Below are positions 1 to 10,944 of a stretch of DNA of 64,000 bases, one piece after another (positions within the stretch are counted from its first letter, which is position 1; each line of letters opens with the position of its first letter). Source of the stretch: Chara braunii (lineage: Eukaryota > Plantae > Charophyceae); contig BFEA01000023.1 of assembly GCA_003427395.1 (NCBI GenBank), forward strand, positions 4,240,961 through 4,304,960, given 5' to 3'. The position numbers and the translations under genes are program-made. The notes under the pieces were generated by a model. The model worked only from the letters and a program-made list of their open reading frames with translations, did not search any database and was not told the origin of the DNA.

Positions 1-391
1 GCCCGCAGAGATATCACTGCCTGAGTTTGAAGCGGCAATTTGGGTAGAAAAGAATCCGTTGGGCGTTTTTGTTCTGCCCCCCCCCCCCCCCCCCACCGTC
101 TGATACCACGGCCGACACCGGTAGTTATGACACCCGGCCTGACTCCACCGCCGTTGGCACTTTCGTTGCTTTTTGGAACTTGGGGCCTGTTTTCTTTGCC
201 GGCGAGTGTTATTTTGGCTCATTTGATACTCTTTGCTCATTCGATACTCAAAAGTGACATCAACGTACTTCCCTCCTATAGGGAAACGAAGGGAAAAGCT
301 TGTAATAACGTAATGAAGTTGTTACTAAGATTTCTAAAATAGTAAAGATCTTATAATTAACGTATGTATTGTTTTGAAGCTTTTGATTTTT

Positions 392-437
392 ATCTTCTCT
401 GTATCGTTCCAGTTTTTGACGGATGGCCACGAAGGAC
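392..437 (-). pseudogene. U6: U6 snRNA 5' fragment (retrocopy)
   Basis: Minus strand GTCCTTCGTGGCCATCCGTCAAAAACTGGAACGATACAGAGAAGAT matches the U6 5' half including the ACAGAGA box. Degenerate ~20-bp flanking direct repeat (attaacgtatgtattgtttt / atcaacgtatttaatgttat). Confidence 0.85.
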
Positions 438-501
438 AATCAACGTATTTAATGTTATCAATTTCTTATAATCGCATTATGTCTAAAATGAGTAGTGTAC
501 C

Positions 502-668
502 CAGCCCATGTGGCTGAATGGTACACTGATGAACTGTTGATATGCAGACCAGAGTTCAAATCCTCCTGATGTGATCAGTTGCGTGCAATAACCTGGGCCC
601 GGTCAATTCAATGATGATACCTCGAGGCCGTCGCCCTTTTAAAATTTCCTTCCCATTTAAAATAAAAT
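502..668 (+). mobile_element. tRNA-derived SINE (family A)
   Basis: A box TGGCTGAATGG (511-521), B box GTTCAAATCC (554-563), A-rich tail, and TSD-like aaaatgagtagtgtacc / aaaattagtagtgtcc. Homologous copies at ~33670-33871 and ~36120-36320. Confidence 0.8.
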
Positions 669-692
669 AAAATTAGTAGTGTCCTGTTAATG

Positions 693-1050
693 TGGTAGTC
701 ACATTTCGTGAGCGTTCCTATTGAGCGGGGGCACTAGGGGGGGTTCAGTTTAGACTCCTTGTACAGTGTGACACCGGTGACAACAAGGGGGGGATTCAAT
801 TTAGAATCCTAGTACAGTGTGACACCAGTACAACTAGGGGGGGTTCAGTTTAGAATCCTAGTACAGTGTGACCCAGTGACAACTAGGGGGGGTTCGGTTT
901 AGAATGGTAGTCACATTTCGTGAGCGTTCCTATTGAGCGGGGGCACTAGGGGGGGTTCAAGTTACTCCTAGTAGTGTGATACCAGTGACAACTACCGGTA
1001 GGGGGGGTTCGGTTTAGAATCCTAGTACAGTGTGACACCAGTGACAACCT
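693..1050. repeat. ~50-bp minisatellite with an embedded ~55-bp direct duplication
   Basis: Unit actagggggggttcagtttagaatcctagtacagtgtgacaccagtgaca repeated ~5-6 times. tggtagtcacatttcgtgagcgttcctattgagcgggggc occurs at ~693 and ~905. Confidence 0.9.
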
Positions 1051-2230
1051 ATTCCGCTCAAATCTAACAAGCAGACCCCCTGCGGTGAAGAGGGGAATAG
1101 ACCTAGCATAAATCTTTCTTCTCGCCGCAGGTCGCTGTTCGTCTCTTCTATGTAGTGCCGCCCTTTCGTGGATGATGTGGCGAGCGGGTTGTTTTTGTCA
1201 GGACAACAGTAAGAACGAAACACAAACGCCACCCACAACACGGAGACCAACGTACAAGTGTACGGAAATATACGACTTTTCCGTTGCCGCTCTCACTCTC
1301 TCTCTGTCTGTCTCTCTCTGCGTGCCGGCAATCGGAGAAAACATCATCATCAATCACCATTTCCACTCTCGTTGTCCTTTTGATTGGATTGGAGAGCGAG
1401 AGGGCCGATGCCAGCACAGACGCTGATATCAACTTAATGCCACACATACACAGGTTGCAAACAAGGAGCAGAGCAGCAAAGTATGCGAGTGTCGGAAGCG
1501 TCAACTCTTCAAAAGATTTGTTGTCATCATCTGCCTCTCTTTCTTTGCGACTCTGTCATCATCTTTGTCTCTTCCTTTCTGACTCGCTTTTGACGTTTTC
1601 TGCCTCTTTTCCTGTGTTGTCTCTACCTCCACCATCATTGTTATCAGCATGTGTCCGTGAGTCTAGATGTGTATTCACTAACAGAAAATCAGCTCATCGT
1701 GCTCCGTCGATGGTTGTTATCACGGTTGTCATGATCTGTCTGTCTTTCTTTCCGATTCTGTTTTCTGCAGTGTTATCATTCTTGTTGTCATCATTTGCGG
1801 CTCTTGTTTTCGGGCTCGCTTTGGGGCTATCGAAGTTTGTTGCTGTGCGAGCAAATCATGATGATGCAGCATGATGTCTATGTCGTTCTCTTTCTTGTGA
1901 AGTATCTTGCTACGCCACTCCCGTCCGTTTCCGCCCGATGGACCGTCGTAGAATGTCTGAAGACGTCCGTAGTGAGAAGCATGTCGTTGCTTTCCAAAAT
2001 ACAGTATGTTGCAAGATGCTTTCGAACGACTGAGAGGCAGTGAGTGATTGACGGTCGGCGACTTAGATGTGTCTGATGCTTGTCATTGAAGTATGTGCTG
2101 AAACAAATGAAAAGACTCAGAAAAAGGAACTTACAACTCGGATCTCCATGAGTGTTATGCGTGTCATAGATGTGCCGGAGGACAGAGGTTCAGATGTTGA
2201 TTGATTGGTTGATTGGCCGCTCGATTGCTC

Positions 2231-2231
2231 T

Positions 2232-2317
<86 letters not shown>
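2231..2317. repeat. Compound (GT)n(GA)n microsatellite, one of many in the window
   Basis: Seen directly. Similar tracts at ~6191-6272, 9611-9735, 27760-27817, 28048-28183, 37224-37290, 38521-38615, 45768-46027 and 56301-56370. Confidence 0.98.
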
Positions 2318-2319
<2 letters not shown>

Positions 2320-2738
2320 CACGGCCGCGCCTCCTGCAACCGCCACAGGAAGGGGGAGATGTCGCTGACTCGCTGTCATGACGACAAGGCGATGTCGCTG
2401 CGAGGCCGCGGCGCCCCTCCTGTCTCCCTGCGGGCGACCTTCCAGATCTCTCCTGGCCAGCGATTCTCTCCTGCTGTCCGTCTACCGGTTCTGACGGTTC
2501 GGCTCTTCGCCGACTCGTCTGTGAACTCCCCGCCGCTCCCTGTGGGCAACATCCCGGAATATTTAGGGCAACATCCCGGAATATTTCGGCCACGTGATAC
2601 CGGGGCCTGCCGCTGCCTCGCCCGCAGGTACGGCCCGGCCCAGAGTCTCACATGGTTCCTTCCCTCGGGCCGGGGTCGCGTGAGCCCGTTGTGCAAAATC
2701 CTGGTTGAGGCTGGTTCCGCATTTTTTTATAAAAAGAT

Positions 2739-3369
2739 TAGAGAGAGATCCGACGCCCAGGATCTTTCGTGGGGAAATTGTTGAAATACCCCTTGTTCAA
2801 ATTTCTGGGAAAATTGTTGAAATACTCCTTAAATTTGGGGTATTTCATTCGATACCCCTGGGACGAGGTCCCACTAGCAACGGGATAGGATAGAAACGAG
2901 TTTGTGGGGCAGTTGAGTGACCCAAATCCTGCCGTGCACCCGCCAGAATCTTTTCAATCGGTTGGGGGTGTGGCCTGCCCAGTGTTAAGGAGAGGAGGAG
3001 GGGAACCAAGATCTCCTTACTTTTTCGCCGCCAGAATCTTTTCAATCGGTTGGGGATGTGGCCTGCCCAGTGTTAAGGAGAGGAGGAGGGGAACCAAGAT
3101 CTCCTTACTTTTTCGGGTAATACATGTAAATACTGACCGTGGGATCACGAGTAGTGCACGGCAGGATTTGGGTCACTCAACTGCCCCACAAACTCGTTTC
3201 TATCCTATCCCGTTGCTAGTGGGACCTCGCCCCAGGGGTATCGAATGAAATACCCCAAATTTAAGGCGTATTTCAACAATTTTCCCAGAAATTTGAACAA
3301 GGGGTATTTCAACAATTTCCCCACGAAATTCTTCCGAACTCCCAGGATCTGGGCGTCGATCTCTCTCTA
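2739..3369. mobile_element. Foldback element with ~200-bp inverted arms (MULE-like)
   Basis: 2739-2939 is the near-perfect reverse complement of 3154-3369. Arms carry GGGAAA(A)TTGTTGAAATAC motifs. The spacer holds an ~85-bp direct duplication. Confidence 0.8.
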
Positions 3370-4322
3370 TCCAGTGTAAGGATAGAAGATTTTCAGCATT
3401 TTACTTGCTGTTGTGCAATTATCTCATTGGGTGGAGCCCTCCTTCAATCACGGAGTATATGGAGGATGTCAGGATCACTTCTGACAGAAGTCGATTTTAT
3501 TCCAAAAAATGTGGCGGTTACTTTGTTCACTGTTTTTGCAACCACCACCATCAGATCATTTTGTGATCTGATGGCTGGGAAGCACTCTGCCGTGATTTCC
3601 GGTGGCAGGTCTCTGTTTTGTTTTTTTTTTTGGCCTTTCTCCTGTTTTCTCAGCCCAGAAATTCGTAATGAACGTGTCTGGCCGCTGCCACTCAGTGTCA
3701 CACTGGATAGGCCACACTCCTATCCCACTGCTAATGGGACCATGCCCCTGAAACGCGGGTAGGACGAAGTTCCTGAACTTCTGCTTTTGCCCCTGTCCTG
3801 CATGGGCAATTTTGCCATATGCCCTTGGCCGTGGACTGCGGAGGCCGACACATGACTTTTGCCATCTCTCTCTCTCTCTCTCTCTCTCCCCCTGGCGCGC
3901 CCTTCCTCCCCTTATATGCACAAGATGGCAGGTCCAGATTGGTGAGTGGGGTATTTCTCTCAGTCTTATTGGTGAGTGGGGTATTTCTCAAAGTCTTAGA
4001 CTGTCTTCAGGGCATTTCGCCATACGCATGCCTTCTAGGGGTATCTGATGAAATACCCCAACTTTCAGGGGAATTTCAACAATTTCTGCAAAATTAAAAA
4101 AGTTGATTTCGTTGCCACCAACTTCAGATTTCGAGGCCGGGCGGAGCGGGGCGCTGTAGATTTAAAAATTGTCGGCCTCCGAAGGGGTGCTGCTGTCAGG
4201 CCCACACCCCTGCCCGACCCCTGTAGTTAAAAAAAATTGGCGGCCTCCTAAGCGGTACTGGTGTCAGCCCGACCCCCACAACCAGTGTATGGTGTACTGG
4301 TGGTTTAAACCACCAGTACTTC

Positions 4323-5622
4323 TGTCCAGTTGATGTAGCTCAGTGGTTAGAGCACCGGTTGGAAATGCGCATTGTGGTATGAGGTTGCGGGTTCAAAACT
4401 CAATCACAGCCTCGCGCATAGCTCAGTGGTTAGAGCACCGGTTGGAAATGCGCATTGTGGTATGAGGTTGCGGGTTCAAAGCCCAAAGCTCAATTGCAGC
4501 CTCGCATATAGCTCAGTGGTTAGAGCACCGGTTGGAAATGCGCATTGTGGTATGAGGTTGCGGGTTCAAAGCCCAATTGCAGCCTCGCGCGTGGACACCG
4601 GCAGGGCGGTAGAATGATGCACGGCTGGACACCCCCGCCCTTGGGCTGACGCAGGTAAGCTGTTATGGACACTGCCTGCGCACCACCCAAGGGTTAGTCC
4701 GGGTTGCTGTATGTCGGATTCTACCTACGCGGGTTTACTGGAGGATATTGGCTACTGGTTGCTCTGATGATCTCCCCCATCATGTCATACATCGTAGGCT
4801 ATTCCAAGTCTGGTTATATACAACACACCTATATTTCGCCTTAGGGCGTACACCCGTGGCCTATGGGCAAATTGCGCAGCCTACAGCCACTGATATATAC
4901 TGCTTACACACACACATGTTACGACACAGATAGACACACTGGCATGCTAGTAGAGTCGGGTGGGGGAGACCGATCTCTGTCATGGGTTTGTCATGGGTTC
5001 AGTCCAGGCTACGGGGAGTCTGCTCTGGTCCATGTGAATACTTGGCTGCGATTTGGTTCGTCGGTATGGACTGATAGTGATACTGATTGTGCCTGATGTT
5101 GAAGTCCTCGAGTAACAAGGCTTGCAAGATTAGGCTTCCACTGGGGCTGGGTAGGGCTAGTTGTCCAGTCCAGGTGCCTATAACTAGTGTTCGGTCTACG
5201 TCACCCTCTGAGGAATAGGGTGATTGTCCTGAGTGCTTGTACCACTGAGGTAGGATGGTAGGTATAGGGGGTGCATGAGGAGAATGTGGGAGGTAGGGTA
5301 GGGAGGTAGTCCTGCCGTCGCGCGGCAGGGTATCCACTAGCTGGTTGAGCTGGAATGGTACCAGGAAGGTGTCCCCTCTGATATCAGAATAGGTGGGAGC
5401 CATGAGGCCATGAGGCCATACCTGGCCGGCATGTGGTCTGTGATTGGCGCCAGTGGAATACCACAAACACTATACCTCCCCACGAGATCTTCTGATTCGG
5501 TTGCCGGGAATAATATTGGGTAGGTTACCTACTGGAAGTCTCCCTCCCGTGCTCCTATGGCAGTACCCACCTGGGTCGATACCCGACCTCTATAACAACC
5601 TGGGCTTAAAAAAAAAAAAAAA
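4323..5622 (+). mobile_element. Long tRNA-headed SINE-like retroposon with a triplicated head
   Basis: Three tandem tRNA-like units (TAGCTCAGTGGTTAGAGC...GGTTCAAA) at ~4335-4588; poly(A) at 5608-5622 resuming at 7015-7024; perfect 12-bp TSD CACCAGTACTTC at 4311-4322 and 7025-7036. Confidence 0.8.
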
Positions 5623-6187
5623 GGGCATATTTTCGAAATGCCCCTGAAGTTTGCGTTTATTTGCGGCGTGCCCCTGTGAAGGCCGACTTACCCTGTTATG
5701 CCCCTCGGGCCTCTGAACTTTTCCGCAGGCCCCTGTCAGCACGGGGTGAACTTTCCGATATGCCCTTACTGGGCCGCTGGTTGCATTTCGTCGGCCCATC
5801 CTTGAAATGCCCTCACGAGGGGCACACATCTTTCTGTAATGCCCTTGAGAAGTGGTGGCAGTACTTCTAATTCGAAAATGGTAGGTACTTCATGTGTCTT
5901 CTTGGCGCCATCGCCGGTGCACTCGCACGTGTGTGTGTGTGTGTGTGTGTGTTCACGTCATCTGTGTGTGTGTGTTGTATGTGTGCGTGTGTGTGTGTGT
6001 GTGTGTGTTCACATCATCTTTCTCTTGTTGGTTGCTGTATGTGTGTGTGTGTGTGTGTGCGTGTCGTTATGTCCCTCCACTTTGACATTCTGGATGTATA
6101 GAGCGATCGTCGTGCATTCAACTTTGGAGCATCCGAATGTATCTGGTGCATTGACAACGCCAGACACATTCAGACATGGATGCATAG

Positions 6188-6276
<89 letters not shown>

Positions 6277-6399
6277 CACGCATGCCCACGGGTGTGTGTG
6301 AGAGAGAAAGAGAGAGGGGGCCCGGCTGTAGCTGCCCGCTCCTGCCTGGTCCCACCCGCAGCGACCTGCTACCACCCGCTCCCCCTGCCATCTCGCCCC

Positions 6400-6433
<34 letters not shown>

Positions 6434-7014
6434 NNNNNNNNNNNNNNNNNNNNNNNNNNNNNNNNNNNNNNNNNNNNNNNNNNNNNNNNNNNNNNNNNNN
6501 NNNNNNNNNNNNNNNNNNNNNNNNNNNNNNNNNNNNNNNNNNNNNNNNNNNNNNNNNNNNNNNNNNNNNNNNNNNNNNNNNNNNNNNNNNNNNNNNNNNN
6601 NNNNNNNNNNNNNNNNNNNNNNNNNNNNNNNNNNNNNNNNNNNNNNNNNNNNNNNNNNNNNNNNNNNNNNNNNNNNNNNNNNNNNNNNNNNNNNNNNNNN
6701 NNNNNNNNNNNNNNNNNNNNNNNNNNNNNNNNNNNNNNNNNNNNNNNNNNNNNNNNNNNNNNNNNNNNNNNNNNNNNNNNNNNNNNNNNNNNNNNNNNNN
6801 NNNNNNNNNNNNNNNNNNNNNNNNNNNNNNNNNNNNNNNNNNNNNNNNNNNNNNNNNNNNNNNNNNNNNNNNNNNNNNNNNNNNNNNNNNNNNNNNNNNN
6901 NNNNNNNNNNNNNNNNNNNNNNNNNNNNNNNNNNNNNNNNNNNNNNNNNNNNNNNNNNNAGAGGGGCACGCCGCAAATAAACACAAACTTCAGGGGCATT
7001 TCGAAAATTTTCCC
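5623..7014. mobile_element. Non-autonomous Mutator-like element inserted in the SINE poly(A) tail
   Basis: TIR GGGCATATTTTCGAAATGCCCCTGAAGTTTGCGTTTATTTGCGGCGTGCCCCT matches the reverse complement of 6962-7014 (3 mismatches in 53 bp). Flanked by A9 on both sides. Interior partly N gap. Confidence 0.8.
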
Positions 7015-7867
7015 AAAAAAAAAACACCAGTACTTCCAATGCACTTTTCTCGAGGGCTAGAAATGGTCTGTGCACCAAAAAACTGTGAACTGGTGCGGGC
7101 CTCCTTTTGGCTGGCATCGCCAGCCATTTTGCTCGGGAGGCTGAGCCTTGACAGATGCTGCGCGTCCCGAACCACAAACGAAAGAAACAATTGCGGTCCA
7201 TTCACCGGTCCATGCAGCGAACAGAATGGGTTGGGCCTAATTGCACCACAAAGGAAAATTGATGGGTTGGGCCTAATTGCACCACAAAGGAAAAGGATGC
7301 CCATCATTCACCGGTCCATGCAGCGAACAGAAAAAAAATGTCCGAATGCGGAGGTTGTGTTTTTTTTCGGCAATGTGCCTGTCAGATGGGATGTCAGAAT
7401 GAAATTGGGTAGACAGGCTAGGTTGTGTTTTTTTGGGAATGTAGGTTGTATTTTTTTGGCGATGACCCTTTTAGCCAACAAACGAGGTTGCATAGACAAG
7501 CTGTGGCCAACGACAGTCAGCCCGAACGGGCTGCAACTTGGTAAGAAGGCCCGAGTTGTACTAGGGGCTTACTTGTGTTACCAACTCGGTCGCCTGGGCC
7601 ACCGTCATTGCCTGGACGACTTGTTGGCAAGGGCCAGGGAAGGTCCCTGCGAGAAAAAAAATCCAAAAAAATATGGAAAAATGAACTGGACAACTTTTGC
7701 TGCAAGGTCGTGTGAGGGTTAGGATGGAAACATATGGGCATCAAAGGGGCTTCCAGGGGACGGGTGAAGGAGAGGTAGCAGGGGGGGGGGGAGAAAAGGG
7801 GTGCAGCTGGGGGGATGGTTGCGCTGATTGTGGGACGCCTGGGTCCAAAGCATACTCCCCCGGCTGG

Positions 7868-7905
7868 CTGTCTCTTATACACATCTAGATGTGTATAAGA
7901 GACAG
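7868..7905. other. Nextera mate-pair junction adapter (assembly contaminant)
   Basis: Exact CTGTCTCTTATACACATCT+AGATGTGTATAAGAGACAG (two Tn5 mosaic ends). Confidence 0.98.
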
Positions 7906-9385
7906 GCCACGTAGCGAGCCCAAACCGCCGAGCCCGTCGACGACCCCTCGCTGACAGTGCGGAGGGAGAAAGAACATCCATGGCAGCAGAAACCTACTCG
8001 ATCCGCCATCTCTCGTAGCCCGCTGTTCGAATCTTTACCAAGAGCAGACCTGCCNGGGATGGTTGCGCTGATTGTGGGACGCCTGGGTCCAAAGCATACT
8101 CCCCCGGCTGGTGGGACGTGTGCCAACGGCTTCAAATTCTTTGTTTCAAAGGTAGCAGGGCGGGGGGGAGGGAGGGGGGGGAGGAAAGGGGTGCAGCTGG
8201 GGGGATGGTTGCGCTGATTGTGGGACGCCTGGGTCCAAAGCATACTCCCCCGGCTGGTGGGACGTGTGCCAACGGCTTCAAATTCTTTGTTTCAAATTGT
8301 AAAAAAAAAAAAAAAGGGATGCGGATAAGCCATAAGCCAGGCGAAAGAATTAGAAGAGGAGTCGATGGCAAAGAAGACATACACAGATCATGGATAAGGA
8401 AATGGAGGAGAAGGAGATGGAGCAGGAGAAGGAGAGAAGACATGTGAGGAGAGCCAAAGAAAAATGTACGCACGGAATTCAGACACATAAAAATGGAAGC
8501 AAATATACAGGGTGTGCCATGCTGACAAAGTCCCTTTGCCGGAGGGTGGGATTGAAATTCGTTGCCAAATTAAAATTAAAAATGACTAAATTATTTCAAT
8601 TTATTTGGCAATGTATGTTTATTTTGTTATTCATTTTTGGCCTGGCTGGGTAAGTGGCCCCAAGACACTCTGCCAACATGACTCGCCACACTGCTCAGGA
8701 AACGAGTGAAATGTCTACCAGTGCATCTTCTTGCAGACGGTGGAAAGATGCAACCCGTACTGTAAATAATAGCAGATGAATCTTGCCACATTCTGCGTCC
8801 GGATGCAATGGACTTTTTTGTGTTCTGTGAGTAGTGTGCCGATACCCCTACTCGCCATCTGCTAACATGTTGATTGAATCAGGTCAAAATGGCTGTTCAG
8901 ATTCATTCAGAATTTTGGCGGATGGCAAGTGGTGCAATTAGGCCCAACCAATCATTCACACCACTGACAGAGTAAGCAAACGTCCCCAACAAAAAGACGA
9001 GGGGGATAGCCTTTTCCTTTTTTGTATGTTTTGAATGCCAGGAGAAGATGGCTGTTCAGATTCATTTTTCGTTTTCTGTATCTTTTGAATGCATCAGGTC
9101 ATTCAGAATTTTTGCGGACGACAAGTGGTGCAATTAGGCCCAACCCATCATTCACACCACTGACACAGTGAGCGCGCATCACCAACTTGAACAAAAAAAT
9201 GAGGGACAGCCTTTTCCTTTTTTCAAGTTTTTTGTATATTTTTTCTCACGTCTTTTTTTTTTTTTTTTTTTTTGGACTACAGCTTAAAATTTTAAATTTC
9301 AGATTTTCAGACCTTTCAGTAATTGTTCTCGAGTATCCATATCATCTTTAGCTGTAGCTCCAAACTCTTCTGTATATTGTCTTAA

Positions 9386-9604
9386 ACCACCAGTACTTGG
9401 TCCGTACATTGGCCGCTGGCATTCCCCATTAAGGTGCTGAGGCCAACGGGGGTCGCTTAAGTGACCGCCAGGTTGGGCGTACAAGGGCGGGCAGAGCAAG
9501 TGGCGGGATGACACACAAAAATCTAGAAGTAAAACAAACAAAAGAAAAACCAAGAAAAAATGGAAAATAATTATTAAAAAAACCTTTTTTTTGGTTGGCG
9601 TGCC

Positions 9605-9665
<61 letters not shown>

Positions 9666-9688
9666 GCGCATTCGGATAGGTTGTGTGC

Positions 9689-9737
<49 letters not shown>

Positions 9738-10065
9738 TTTCGACGAACTGTGCGAAGCTCAGCGGCAAACATGCACGGGGTTCGAACGTGCATAATGAGA
9801 ATGAATCTCCCGCGAGAACGCAGGAAGATTCTCCCTCCTTTCTTTCTCTCTCCCTCCCTCCCTGCGCCATGATAAAAGAGAGATGATTTTTTGACGTTGT
9901 TTTCCTTTGTTTTTTTTTTCAGTTCGTTTTTTTTCTTTTTTCGTCTTTTCTTTTTTGTTTCTTGAACGACTATGCCCGGGAAGTCCGGTAGCTCCAGCCT
10001 TGGCACGGCTCGGCATACCGGTCAGCCGAGGCTTGGACTTGACAGCTGGGCCAAGTAGTGGTGGT
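9386..10065. mobile_element. TTAA-flanked MITE, long variant
   Basis: TTAA|ACCACCAGTACTTGG ... CCAAGTAGTGGTGGT|TTAA. Interior resembles 27530-28250. Confidence 0.8.
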
Positions 10066-10879
10066 TTAAGGGACGTTGGGCGCGGTTCCCAGCACGTGCT
10101 GCTCCCCACGAGTGAATTGGAGCATTGCCCGCTCTTTTTTTTTTTTTGGTAAGGTGGCCATAGCACGATGCGTTCTGTTGGTGGGGAGCTCCACCTGCAG
10201 GAAGATGGGTCCAGCATTTGAGTTTTCGTGTGCTGAAATAAGGGCACAGACAAGATTTAGCCTTTCGTTTTCCCGCCTCCGTCATTGCACACTGTAGCAA
10301 ACCACAACTACACGTGTATGTGGGACCCAGGCCCCTGGTGGTGGCCCACAATCCTTTCCCGTCCAAATGCCCACGGTCTTTCCAGCCCATGAAGCAATAG
10401 GCTAGAAGCGAGGGCCACCGGCAACTGTTTGTTCTAATTTGCCTAACCTTTCTCTCTCCAGTGTCTCCACACATAATTGATATGGCAGATCTTTTCAGGC
10501 GACCCATTCATTTAGTGGCTGGGGCTCGCCGCTCCACTCACGGACTCGAAGTGTGCAAATTGAGAATGAATATTCCGCCAAAACATGGAAATATGCATCA
10601 CCATACTTTTTGTCTTCGGTGAGTTGTGCGGTGAGGCCCAAAAGCTTGCTGTCCTGGCTGTTGCACGACTCCAAAACTGAACTAACCCCCCCTTTTTTGG
10701 GACTTGGCTCTTAGCCTTCTGAACAAAATTCTTGAAACAGTACTTCACACCTTCACACCTTCGCGTGCTATGTACAATAGCTCCGATTTTTAATTCTACC
10801 TACTGCTGTAGCATACCATATCTGACAAATCAATCAATCAGCTAGTACAGTGTCATACTTTCTAGTTTTGTTTTTCCTT

Positions 10880-10911
<32 letters not shown>

Positions 10912-10944
10912 GGATGACTGTGTAAATTGAGAAATGGTCCAAAT
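10880..10944 (+). pseudogene. U6: U6 snRNA pseudogene, 5'-truncated with internal deletion
   Basis: TAAAATTGGAACGATACAGAGAAGATTAGCATGG-(deletion)-ATGAC...GAGAAATGGTCCAAAT followed by an A-rich tail. Confidence 0.9.

Noticed and set aside
588-607. U1 snRNA 5' similarity (aataacctgggcccggtcaat)
   Set aside because: Weak match lying within the SINE body shared by other copies.
735-1050. CRISPR-like array (also 48718-48928 and the dispersed ACCACCAGTAC motif)
   Set aside because: Contiguous repeats without unique spacers, no cas genes, eukaryotic context. The dispersed motif pairs up as TIRs.
4335-4588. Three tandem tRNA genes
   Set aside because: No acceptor stem or normal anticodon arm, and the units sit at the head of a poly(A)/TSD-bounded retroposon.
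5839-7722. Long ORFs in the track (627 aa here; also 41515, 53367, 53701)
   Set aside because: They are open only because of N runs and microsatellites.
7868-7905. Tn5/IS50 ends as bacterial horizontal transfer
   Set aside because: Exact synthetic mosaic-end pair of the Nextera mate-pair adapter, with no transposase.
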